Assembly (NCBI RefSeq): GCF_001194135.2
Contig: NC_069001.1
Coordinates: 27,114,363-27,177,853, forward strand
Direction: 5' to 3'
Length of the DNA: 63,491 nt
Origin: Octopus bimaculoides
Lineage: Eukaryota
In this document: positions 26,022 to 37,905 of the stretch, one piece after another
How positions within the stretch are numbered: the first letter of the stretch is position 1
Layout: each line of letters starts with the position of its first letter
The notes under the pieces: generated by a model
The model's database searches: none
What the model was told of the DNA's origin: nothing
Seen by the model: the letters and a program-made list of their open reading frames with translations, nothing else
Program-made: the position numbers and the translations under genes

Positions 26022-26159
26022 TTTTCTGATGCAGCACTGAGGTCCGAAACGTCAAGAACCTTCTCTCCTTTTATTTCCAAGAGTCAGACAAATAACACCT
26101 TTCTGAAAACTTGACGTTCTTGTTGTTTCCTTGTTTATGTTTTTTTTCTTTGTGTGTGT

Positions 26160-26160
<1 letters not shown>
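26022..26160 (+). mobile_element. Diverged related element with degenerate hammerhead (26022-26057), followed by T-rich sequence and microsatellite
   Basis: TTTT-CTGATGCA-GCAC(tgag)GTCC-GAA-ACGT-C-AAGA: GUC triplet, with one core and one stem II mismatch. Confidence 0.45.
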
Positions 26161-26237
<77 letters not shown>

Positions 26238-26587
26238 CTGTGTGTGTATATTTTTGAGGGACAAACAGACAAAGACAAAGACAGAAAGTGTTTGTGTGCG
26301 TATGGTAGTTCTCAATCACTTTCCATTTTCTGCAACATCGAAAAAGAAAGTAAACAAGTATTTCATTTAAAATTGTTTTTTATAAGATGATAATAAATAT
26401 ATAATGTATCAGATATCATATCTACGAGATACCTTTGAAAGTACCTTGTTTGGGGCAATTTAGATTGGTTGACGAAGCGCCTCTGCTCATTATTAATTTA
26501 TGAATAGTTCAAACGTAACGTAAGTTAGCTATTTTCCGTCTTGCAGAAATAATTTTATATTCAATTATATATGTGTGTGTGTATGTA

Positions 26588-26623
<36 letters not shown>

Positions 26624-27175
26624 ATCACCTTCATTTTATACTTATTTTCCAAGAGATATCTTATGCTTTTCATATACGAGTAAATATTTTATGAGAAACC
26701 TCGTTTCTAGGCCAACAGAACTTTCAGTGTTGGCTACTCAGCCCACTACCTCCCCACCTCTTTCTGTCTTTCTATTTTCTTCTTGCACTTTCTCTCTGTA
26801 TTTCTTATTTCTTTTCTCCTATCGCTTTCAACAAGATGTTAACAAACGATGAAAAGTATTGACTGCAGTATTCACAAAGTTTATTGTTTGGTCCTTTTTC
26901 ATCTTTTTCATTCCCCCCCCCCACACTTTTTTTTTCTTTTTGGTTTGGTTTATTTACTCCTACTTTTGTCCCTTTCTGATATATTGCTGATTCATGATAT
27001 TGAGATTTAGCGAACGGTTTCTAATTTATGTATCAGCAATTTTGCAAACTTGTGTCATTTATCTTACAACAAGGAATCAAACGTTGAAAATGAACGCTCA
27101 ACATAAACTTACATACTGACAATTACATATGATATAAAGAACCCGTCAGCATTTATATAAATAACGCACACATGC

Positions 27176-27225
<50 letters not shown>

Positions 27226-27279
27226 ATAGATAGATAGATTTGAGAGACAAAAAATATGTATTTACATATATTTATATAT

Positions 27280-27328
<49 letters not shown>

Positions 27329-28344
27329 ATATGCATCTATATGTGTGCGTATATGATATATATATGTGTGTATGTGTGTGTTTGTGTGTATACACCACAT
27401 ATATGGTGTAGATTAAAGTATACATGTAAGTATGTACACACACATACATATTTATATACATATGTATGTATTCAGAAAGAAAGCGAGAGGGAGAGAGAAT
27501 GAAAAAACATAGACAGAGAAAGTACCTCAAATCTCACTTCTATACGTTCATTGGTAAACATTTATCGAGCTGAGAACAATTCTGTTATATGTGATAACTC
27601 TTTTCTTTCGTAAGGTTTATTTACCAACTCTGCACAATGTGTGGTTACTTCAAAACAATGGCTCCCATTTATACTGTAGCTTTGTTGTTGTTGTAATTTT
27701 TGTAGTTGTTGATACCCAAGTTTATCGCAAGAGGGCAAGTATTCGGTCAAGAGCGTCTTATCTGATCCTTTTTTATATCTAAGGCATCCGCTGGTCGGGG
27801 TTTGACGATGTGCGTAGATTTAAAGAGTTTCAGTTCAGTTTACGTGGTTGCCTTGATAGTTTCCAACACAGCAAGTTTCTACACTCGACTAACATTTTCA
27901 TCGTGCTAGGCAAGGGCCGATATTCCATGGTAACTTTAGTCTCACATAAAAAAATTGTCACTAAAAACGTCTTCTTTAACCTTTCACTTCTCCTGTCTAT
28001 CACATATGATACACTACATTTATATCCGTGGCATTCATGCATTATATATTATATATATTCCAAAATTTTTCAATGTCGTGAGTGACATGGGACCAGGTCC
28101 GGTGCTAGGAAGTGCGGGATCCGTTTAAAGATTTGTCAGCAAAAGCTGAAGATTGAGGTTTTATGAATTGTGCAGACCTCCATTTCAAGCCAAAAAAGCT
28201 TTGAGAACTTGAGGTCCCACTATTATTCATAATGATATACTAAAAATTCACCATAGAGTCCTCCACCCGAGCGTGTGCGCGGGGCCCGACTTCAACAAAT
28301 CCGTCGATTTGGCTTAAAATCAGTTCAAGTTGGGTTTTATGAAC

Positions 28345-28670
28345 GGAAAACTTTATATTATTCAAAAACCGGTATTCCATCAGTTACGACGCAAAGGATT
28401 TCAGCTAATCCGATCAACGGAACAGCCTGCTCGTAAAATTAACTTGCAACTGGTTGAGGACTTCACAGACACATGTACCTTTCATGTAGTTCTCAGGGAA
28501 ACTGAGCATCATACAGAATGTGACAAAGCACAACTCTTTTTTACGTTCGTTGCCAGCTGAGTGGTAACGTGAGATAGTGTCTTGCTCAAGGGCATAATGC
28601 ACCGCCAGGAATCGAACTGACTACAATACGATCGTGAGCAAAATACCGTAAACTCTAAGCCCACGTGTCT
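28345..28670 (-). mobile_element. Family-C SINE, 3' module type 1
   Basis: Reverse complement of the 8.2-8.4 kb module plus a head (ggaatcgaac...cgatcgtgag). Confidence 0.8.
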
Positions 28671-28989
28671 TCACAATATTATTCAGAATGTATGAAAGTG
28701 GTTAATTTAAAAGTTTGAAAACAAGCATGGGCGTTTACGACAAGTTTACGAAAATAGCTACATTTAATCTTTCAGTATTAAACAACACATTTTTATAACA
28801 AAATGCTTCAATCAATTAAGAGTGTGATCGTATATTGTTGATCGATAATCATAGACGCCATCGAGCAAGGATAATGTTAGGTTAAACAATAAGAATAGGT
28901 GGCTAGAGGTACTAGCCACACTTAAGTGGCAATATACTACACTTTATCGTGCAGTTACTGTTAATACTTCATTTAGAGAATTAACATTG

Positions 28990-29036
<47 letters not shown>

Positions 29037-29282
29037 TACACGTTTGTAGGTGTGTGAGTATGAATGTGTGTGAGTCTATGTATGTATGATTTTATTTGAA
29101 TATAGGGGAGCCTCCTGGAGCACCCTCTAACCAAATTTCTTATATCGTACACTGTAGCCATAAAAGCTAAATTATCTCATTAGTGCCACATACAGCTAAA
29201 CATTTCAGTTGTGACCACACAGAAATGCACATATGTATGTGTATATATATATATATGTGTGTGCACGAGGGTGTTTGTGTGT

Positions 29283-29322
<40 letters not shown>

Positions 29323-29417
29323 TATAATTACATAATTATAAAATATTTATATTAATTTACCTACAAGGTTTTATTTCTGCACTGACCACTTCGTAAAAAT
29401 CATTTATGATTTTACTC

Positions 29418-29464
<47 letters not shown>

Positions 29465-29472
29465 TATACACA

Positions 29473-29895
29473 CGCAGGCCTGGCTGTAAGGTAAATAGCT
29501 TGCTTACCAACTACATAGTTCCGGGTTCAGTCCCACTGCATGTCACCTTGAGCGAGTCTCTACTAGAATAGCCTCGGGCCGGCCAAAGCCTTGTAAATGG
29601 ATTTGGTAGACGGAAACTGAAAGAATTCAGTCATATATATATATATATGTATATATACAAGTGTATGTATTTATATAGATATATATATATATGCATGTGT
29701 GAGTCTGCGTTTGCACCCCAACAATCGCTTCACAACCGATGTTGGTTTGTTTACATAGCCATAACTAGCGGTTGTGTCAAAAGGAACCCATAGGATAAGT
29801 ACTAGGCTTACAGAGAATAGGATCGATCTGTTCGACTAAAGGCGGTGCTCTGGCATGGCCGCAGTCAAATAACTGAAACATACAAAAGAATAAAA
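29473..29895 (+). mobile_element. Family-A SINE
   Basis: Same head, body and tail modules as 6139-6688. Confidence 0.85.
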
Positions 29896-29941
29896 TAATA
29901 TATATATATATATATGAAATAACGGAGATGGCTAGAGGTAC

Positions 29942-29973
<32 letters not shown>

Positions 29974-30228
29974 CAGAGAGGGAAAGACAAATCTATACGT
30001 GCGTAGGTATGTGTATATGAATGTGTGAGAGTGAGTCTATGTATGTATGTATGTATGTATGTATAAAGAAACGGTGGTGAGTAAGATTTTGTTGATAGGA
30101 TTATGAGCTTGTACCGTATTTTGATTATAGAAACTTTCCTTATGTTAGACTATTTCCTATAGTCAATATACGATGAAGGCTCACAATTCTGTTTGTATAT
30201 ACACACACAGACGCACGTACACACACAT

Positions 30229-30327
<99 letters not shown>

Positions 30328-30982
30328 NNNNNNNNNNNNNNNNNNNNNNNNNNNNNNNNNNNNNNNNNNNNNNNNNNNNNNNNNNNNNNNNNNNNNNNNN
30401 NNNNNNNNNNNNNNNNNNNNNNNNNNNNNNNNNNNNNNNNNNNNNNNNNNNNNNNNNNNNNNNNNNNNNNNNNNNNNNNNNNNNNNNNNNNNNNNNNNNN
30501 NNNNNNNNNNNNNNNNNNNNNNNNNNNNNNNNNNNNNNNNNNNNNNNNNNNNNNNNNNNNNNNNNNNNNNNNNNNNNNNNNNNNNNNNNNNNNNNNNNNN
30601 NNNNNNNNNNNNNNNNNNNNNNNNNNNNNNNNNNNNNNNNNNNNNNNNNNNNNNNNNNNNNNNNNNNNNNNNNNNNNNNNNNNNNNNNNNNNNNNNNNNN
30701 NNNNNNNNNNNNNNNNNNNNNNNNNNNNNNNNNNNNNNNNNNNNNNNNNNNNNNNNNNNNNNNNNNNNNNNNNNNNNNNNNNNNNNNNNNNNNNNNNNNN
30801 NNNNNNNNNNNNNNNNNNNNNNNNNNNNNNNNNNNNNNNNNNNNNNNNNNNNNNNNNNNNNNNNNNNNNNNNNNNNNNNNNNNNNNNNNNNNNNNNNNNN
30901 NNNNNNNNNNNNNNNNNNNNNNNNNNNNNNNNNNNNNNNNNNNNNNNNNNNNNNNNNNNNNNNNNNNNNNNNNNNNNNNNNN

Positions 30983-31023
<41 letters not shown>

Positions 31024-31964
31024 GTATGTATCTGTGTGTATACTGTTGATGTCACACGTTCAGCAGGAGCTAAACAGCGAGAGCATCAGTACTACCAACA
31101 CGCCAAATTGACGTAGATAATGAAACTGTGCAAACAGATATTTTTACCTCATTAGTAAAGCGGAATAGATATCTATCTATCTATATCTATCAGTGATTAT
31201 CAGATCATGTGATGGTACAAGAAAGACAAAATATAATAATAATAATAAAAGTTAAACAAGATACAATCGGAGAACACAAAAGACCATAAAACGATCAAAC
31301 AAAGATAAAAATAAAGGAACTAGGGCACTAGACAGTAGTGAATGCGATGGTTGTGGGAAGATCGGACGTGGAGATGGGAATCTAAAATGGTGAAAAAAGA
31401 GTAAAAAAAAAAAGGCACATGATGATGATGCTGATGATGATGTGGAAGATGATGATGATGCAAAAATAGCGTAATAAAATTCAAAAGTGCTTGCCATCTT
31501 TATTATTTAGCGCCGGTTTAGAATTTATCGAGCGGACACGTTTCATCGCCGCACTATGTCTTTCTTACTGTGTCTCTGCGAATATATGAAACTCACAAAA
31601 TCTAAATAACCTTAAAACGGTCGCTAGGTTACAAGCGAATTCTTCACTTTCGAACAATAGTTCAAAGGCAATTCAACATAGCGGAATCGATCAATCCTTC
31701 GTGACTGCCACTGGTTTTATCCTTCACAAATTATAAGGGAAGTGAAATGTATCGAACGAATAATCAACACCCTATCTAAACTCAATTTTTAGTAGCTTAT
31801 CCTTAATCTGTTTATTCGTTTTATAAAGGTATAGTTGGATAAAGTCAATATGTATGACATTTCACAGAGACTTCGAAATGGGAGTAAAAAAAAGGAGAAA
31901 CAGGTGAAAATTATTTCTTATCCTCCGAGCTGTAATCTATCCGAATGCTTGCAACGAGATAAAG

Positions 31965-32250
31965 GGCGCTAAAGACACTTATTTTTTTGCTAGTGAAGGT
32001 TTTACAGCTTATGATGAACTAAAGACGCTCATCGGTTTGCTGGTGAAGGTCTTACAAGTTATAAGATCAAGACACTTGAAAATCTTCTGGTGAAGGTTTT
32101 ACAAGTTATGAGCTAGAGACACAGGGAAATTTACTGGCGGAGATTTTACAGCTTATGAGCTAAAGAGGTTACAGGCTATGAGCTCGAGACACTTAATTGT
32201 TTGCTGGTGGATACATTTAAAAGTTTGCTGGTGGAGATTTTTACGGGCGA
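31965..32250. repeat. Diverged minisatellite, unit about 45-50 bp, 5-6 copies
   Basis: Recurring (g/t)ctggtgaaggttttaca(a)gttatgagcta.agacact. Confidence 0.8.
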
Positions 32251-32531
32251 TGTGCTCAAGAAAATTGGGCAGAGATTCCTGAAATGATAAAGCCTCGTTG
32301 TCAGAAGCTCCTTCGTATTTTCCAGCCCCAGCAAGAATCATAAAATAAGCATCTTAGTTAAAAGTTTACGGTTACTACTTGGCTGTTAACGATAGATTCC
32401 TTGCTAATGTCATGCGTCTCCTGCAGTTATTCTCTCAGCAGGAAAACGAGATTCAAAGTACACGACCGATTATTTCGTATACCAGATTGCGATAGCGAGT
32501 GTAATATAATTTTCAAAAGAGGGGACAGGGA

Positions 32532-32609
32532 CACATGTTGCATGGTGTATCATTAGAATATAACACACACACAACACACACACCATGTTGCATGGTGTAT
32601 CATTAGAAT

Positions 32610-32650
<41 letters not shown>
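32532..32650. repeat. Tandem duplication of a unit of about 52 bp ending in (AC)n
   Basis: catgttgcatggtgtatcattagaata occurs twice. Confidence 0.85.
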
Positions 32651-32652
<2 letters not shown>

Positions 32653-34124
32653 CACTTTGTGTTGACATTGTGCAACACCAAGTAAACCGTTTTAAAATGT
32701 GCAATAGCTGCACATATATAATCCATGGTTGCAAACGTACGAGCAGATCTCACCTATACTCAAATGTACGCATAATTCGTGTGCATGTGAGTGTATGTGC
32801 ATAAATATATATATATATATTACTTATCTCGTTATGTGTGTATGTATGTATGTATATGCATTTATGTTTGCATGCATAACAAGCATTTACACTTTCCAAA
32901 TTCTTTGTTACTGGTGATTGATATGTCACACCCTCTTCCGAGATAATACGCAAGCTGTATGGATTCCTAGGTGATAAACAACCTAACGTCCAATGACACC
33001 GATGGGAGGAATAAAAGTAAAGTGTGAATTTACTTTTTCCACTGGTACAGAATGATGCTAATACGCATGCGTGCTATTTCCATGAATGAAATGTTCAAGT
33101 AGCTTTTATCTCTTGCCTGTTCTACAATGAAGCAGTAAAGGAAAAGAAAAAATTATGATAGAAGACAATATACAATTCAATGGCTCTTTACAAGAAGCTT
33201 TATTGTCTGGTTATAGTATGGTATAATTTATTTTCTTCAGCTTTATTCGAGGCAGCAACATCGAGAATGGTGGTAGTGTGTTTTGGCAATAAATATTTTT
33301 CTCACTTTATGAGATAATTTACCGTTGAAGAAGAAACAAGAATGTAGGTTAAATATTTCAGAAAATTACAGCTTATTCTTTGAAAAATGCAGCTAGTATA
33401 GAAACGAGATTTGCCTGTCGGATAAGTTATCTAAAGTCGTAACGTATGAGTCATGATTTCGTATTTTGCTGAAGGTGTGTCATTATAGCCTTGAGTTTTT
33501 TTTTTTGCTTATTTTCTGTAATTCTTTTTTATGTTTATTTCTAACATGGCGTGTGCTAAATGTTACAGAGTAGAAGAAAAACTGTGAATATTATAGAGCA
33601 CAACTTTAGCCTGCTTGGTTGAAAATGTCATTTGGATGTATTTATTTATTTATTCATAATAAATTCATATAGTCATTTATTTAATTATTTATACATTTAA
33701 TTTTGCATATTCGCAATAACGACTGGTATGATATCATATGTCTGACAAAGAATAGTAATACATACATACATACATACATACATACATACATACGCATACA
33801 TACATGTATATGTGCATACGTATATACATATATATAAACATACTGATATAAAATGAGTGTACAGTAGATAAATAGATAGATAGATAGATAGATAGTTAGA
33901 TCAATGTGAGCGCATCTATAAACGTGTGAGCATAAATAACAATCACCGATCTTTATCAGCAAAGGATATATCCATAATTTAAAAAAACCCTCTTTGAAAA
34001 CAATGTCACATAAGGTGTTTGTTCGGCATCAATTTACTTATATTCCTTTGTTCCTGTCTCCATCAGAGATTCTGTGATTCTGTGATTAGTCCGTTTATAT
34101 CTTATACTAATGATTTGAAACATT

Positions 34125-34596
34125 TTAGTACAAGTCCATCAATTTTGGGAGAGGGGTCAAGTAGATTACCCCGACCCCAGTGCTCAACTACTACTCAGTT
34201 TATAGACTGCGTAAAAAATGAAAGGTAAATCCGACTTCGGTGGAATTTGAACCCCTAACGAGAAGGCAACCGGCGTTAATATAATCTTTTCTACACAAGG
34301 CGTTAATATAGTCTATTCTACACAAGCCCGAAATGTTTTTTTATGGAGGGGGCCAGTCGATTAGATCGACTCCAGTACGTAACTGGTACTTAATTTATCG
34401 ACCCCGAAAAGATGAAGGGCAAAGTCGACTTCGGTGGAATTTGAAACCAGAACGTAAAGTCAGGCGAAATACTGTTAAGCACTTAACCCGGCGTGCTAAC
34501 GTTTCTTATTTCTTTATTGCCCACAAGGGGCTAAACATAGAGGGGGACAGACAAGGACGGACAAAGGGATTAAGTCGATTACATCGACCCCAGTGC
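34125..34596 (-). mobile_element. Cluster of family-B SINE copies just upstream of the 34877 exon
   Basis: Repeated tcgaccccag...gacttcggtggaatttgaa motifs. Confidence 0.8.
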
Positions 34597-34876
34597 GAAA
34601 AGCAGCAGCAGCTAGTGCTTGTGCTGGTGGTGGCTGTGTTGGTGGTGGTAGTCACTTTTGCAGTTGTAGTAGTAGTAGTAGTTGTTGTTGTTGTTGTCCC
34701 GGGAATGTGGGGTATTTTCTATGGAGATATATGAGAACATGCATTGCTATGTAACTTACATAATGTACGAAGATGTTAATACATACGAATGTTTATTTAC
34801 TTAAATATGTAAAACATTTTGTTTCTTTTTTTTGTTTTTTTGTTTTTTCATAATTGTTTCCTTTTGACTGTTTCAG

Positions 34877-35047
34877 GATCTAACCCTCATCGACTTAGAA
34901 GAATTTAAGTACGGAGGCGCAAATATCACAGCTGTTCGAATGATTGATTCTCTCCGTCCCTTTGTGTCTGAGGTGACCCAGGATTGGGTTATGGAGGAAA
35001 AACGAACTGGTAACTCTCCCATTAAGGGATTAAAAACTGAAATACCA
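34877..35047 (+). CDS. GRIK2: Internal coding exon of a kainate-type ionotropic glutamate receptor, amino-terminal (LIVBP-like) domain: DLTLIDLEEFKYGGANITAVRMIDSLRPFVSEVTQDWVMEEKRTGNSPIKGLKTEIP
   Basis: Flanked by tttcag and gtaagt; 171 nt, 57 codons, no stop. Aligns by eye to vertebrate GluK2 [23 protein letters not shown]..., including the N-x-T sequon. The symbol means GRIK-family-like, not proven one-to-one orthology. Confidence 0.93.
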
Positions 35048-35194
35048 GTAAGTATACAGTTCTTTGTATTATATATATATTTATCCCACAATTTCCTCAC
35101 TTATTCTGCATCTCTCTCTCTATCTCTCTATCTCGTTATTGTTCTTTATTTCACTCCCACTCTCTCTAAACACATGCATTCGCACATAGATACA

Positions 35195-35510
35195 TGGGTG
35201 ACACCTTTCGATCACGAATGGCAATCGGATTGCTCTCGGAAATTTCCCCTCTATAGTAAAAGTCGGGCAAGATTGTTTGTGGAAGATCTGTAGTCAGCCA
35301 TGCATACCAGCGTCTCGTCTCGACGACGCCGATGTCGTCCAAGGGAGAGGCAAAGGCTGATACAGCTTGGTACGAGTGACGTTGCGATTCATTTCTGCAG
35401 CTGAGTGAACTGGAGCAACGTGACATAAAGTGTCTTGCTCAAGAACACAACAGACAGCCTGAACAGATTATAAACCCGATGTAATAACCACTGAGACATG
35501 CACCTTCACA
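35195..35510 (-). mobile_element. Family-C SINE, 3' module type 2
   Basis: catgcataccagc...ccaagggagaggcaaaggctgatacagcttggtacgagtgacgttgc...gtgtcttgctcaagaaca. Confidence 0.8.
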
Positions 35511-36104
35511 CACATATGTATATATGAGCACATTATCGTTTCAAGTCGGATACCTGTTTAAATCTAGGAAACCTTCAAATGAAGCAAAAGCAGTTTCTAG
35601 AACAATAATCATGACATATATGTAAAAAAAAAAAGGGAAAAAATATTAATAAATGTCCGGAGTGGTAAGCTTGGTTGAAGCAATTCAAATGACATATGTA
35701 ACGAAATGGGAGTTATTTCCCTTGAGTATCCACAAATATAGTAAGAAAATAATATAAATATAAATGATGAAATATGTAAAAATAAATTTGAAAATAATGT
35801 TGAAGTAGATAAAAAATGAGTATTTTAATTGAAATAATATAATAATTTTTGTGGAACTATTAACATTTGCGCGTATAATTTCCTACGGAACGTCAAAGAG
35901 GCGGTATTCATTTGTACAGTAATTTAGGAATAAAATTATTTAAAATATTAGGAATGTTTAAATTGAAATAGTTATGTTATGAGCTATTTGACCGGATGGT
36001 AGTATTGACTTCCACCATTTAGAAAGTACGCATCATTGTAACAGTATGTCTTAAAGATTTCAGGCCTTGCATTCATAGATATAATATGAAGTGTAAGATT
36101 AATT

Positions 36105-36594
36105 TATGGAATGAAGCTCTACAAATCCAATCATATTTGTCAAAAATGGAGGAGATAAATGTTAAAAATGTGTATGAAGTGTATTCATGCATACAATTGT
36201 TTCGTACATAGATATAAATTCATTTTTGGATTTGCAAATATCATAGTACTCATCAGTGCAGTGAGAAAATAATAGGAACTTAAAAAAAGAGCAGATAAGT
36301 TGGATCTATGAGTTTCATGTGTATCTCCTTGAATTGTGGTTTAATAATTGACATGATTACATCACTATTACACATAGACAGGAACAGATAAACATGAAAC
36401 TCATAGATACAACCTCTCTGCTCTTTTTTTAAGTTCTTATTTTTTCTCTGACTGATGAGTACTATGTTTTCAAATTCAAAAATGAATTCTATGAATGAAA
36501 CTATTGTATGCATGAATAAATATCTCACACCTTTTTAACATCTTATCTCCTCCATTTTTGACAAATGTGATTGGACTTTTAAAACTTCATCCAT
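36105..36594. repeat. Long imperfect fold-back element (arms about 210 bp, spacer about 70 bp), MITE-like
   Basis: For example atttgtcaaaaatggaggagataa pairs with ttatctcctccatttttgacaaat; catagtactcatcagt with actgatgagtactatg; tctatgagtttcatgt with acatgaaactcataga. Confidence 0.85.
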
Positions 36595-36755
36595 ACACTT
36601 AATATTCTAATACTACTTTTCATATCTTCACTAATTTACACCAGTAAACTCTCAGCAATGTATAAAGAATCCGCGTTAGAAATCTTTTTGGAAACCACTC
36701 CAATTAAAGGACGAATCCCCATTGAACCTATTACACATGTATATGTGTGCATATG

Positions 36756-36787
<32 letters not shown>

Positions 36788-36819
36788 CGTATGTATGTAT
36801 GTATATTTGTATAAGTATA

Positions 36820-36902
<83 letters not shown>

Positions 36903-37788
36903 CGTGTTGGAAATTTGTAATACGAGGTTCTTTTCATCTATACATAACCGACATGCATTTGTTCGTTTACCTATCGCAGACAGAACATTATACTGAAAAT
37001 CAACGAACGTAATGTTCTTTCAAATTTTACATATAACTAAACAATTTCGTCGTTTTTCCTCTTTCCTATATAATTGAAGGAAGAACTATGATTGAATTAC
37101 CTTTTTTTTTTTTTTTTTTTTACGCTTTTTACAACACACCATATCTACGTAGTATTTACGTACTATATTAAATTTCGATTTAGTGGAAATGGCGTCTCTT
37201 TCCTATATTTGATTGCTTCAACATTATATGACGAATAGTGAAAACATACAATTGCATTTCTTCTTGTACAATTAGCTTTATATAATTCAGTTTGTTTATA
37301 AGGTGCATTATTCTTTTTATACTGTGAGTACATCTGTAACTGAGTTTATGTCCCCATATATTATAAAGTTTCTTACTGTACTAATTAATGGATAATGCCT
37401 TATCTGTTAAAAGTAGGACACTTTCAGCACTATTCGGCCAAAAATTCGTAGCAAATACTGGTGGAAGAATTATTGCTCTTTTCGTAGTATTTGATATTGG
37501 AGATATTTGGGGTATATGTGTACACAAATGAGGATCCCCTATCTGGAAATTCCTTTTCCTTTTCTTTTTTTCATAGGAGCAATATTTTTCTAACATTTCT
37601 TTATCTGATGTCAGGTTGGATATTCTGTTAGTGCTATTAAGGTTTTCACACTGTATAACTCTCACAATCCAATGAAAATAACTTATCTCTATTCGTATTT
37701 CTGCGTAGTGAATTACGTTGCTTAAGATACTTTTAATCAGGCTTGCAAAGCTTGCAGTTTTATGTATATGTACATACTATATGTCTAT

Positions 37789-37828
<40 letters not shown>

Positions 37829-37833
<5 letters not shown>

Positions 37834-37905
37834 CGCTCGTGCATGTACGCTCGTGCATGTGCGCTCGTGCATGTGCGCTCGTGCATGTGCGCTCGTGCAT
37901 GTGCG
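37829..37905. repeat. 14-bp tandem repeat (gtgcgctcgtgcat) x5
   Basis: Read directly from the sequence. Confidence 0.9.

Noticed and set aside
33184-33240. Candidate for the missing micro-exon (LQEALLSGYSMV*FIFFS)
   Set aside because: In-frame stop and no matching splice sites.
36250-36470. CTGATGAG in both arms of the 36 kb fold-back as hammerhead cores
   Set aside because: No stem II-GAAA-stem III follows at the right spacing.
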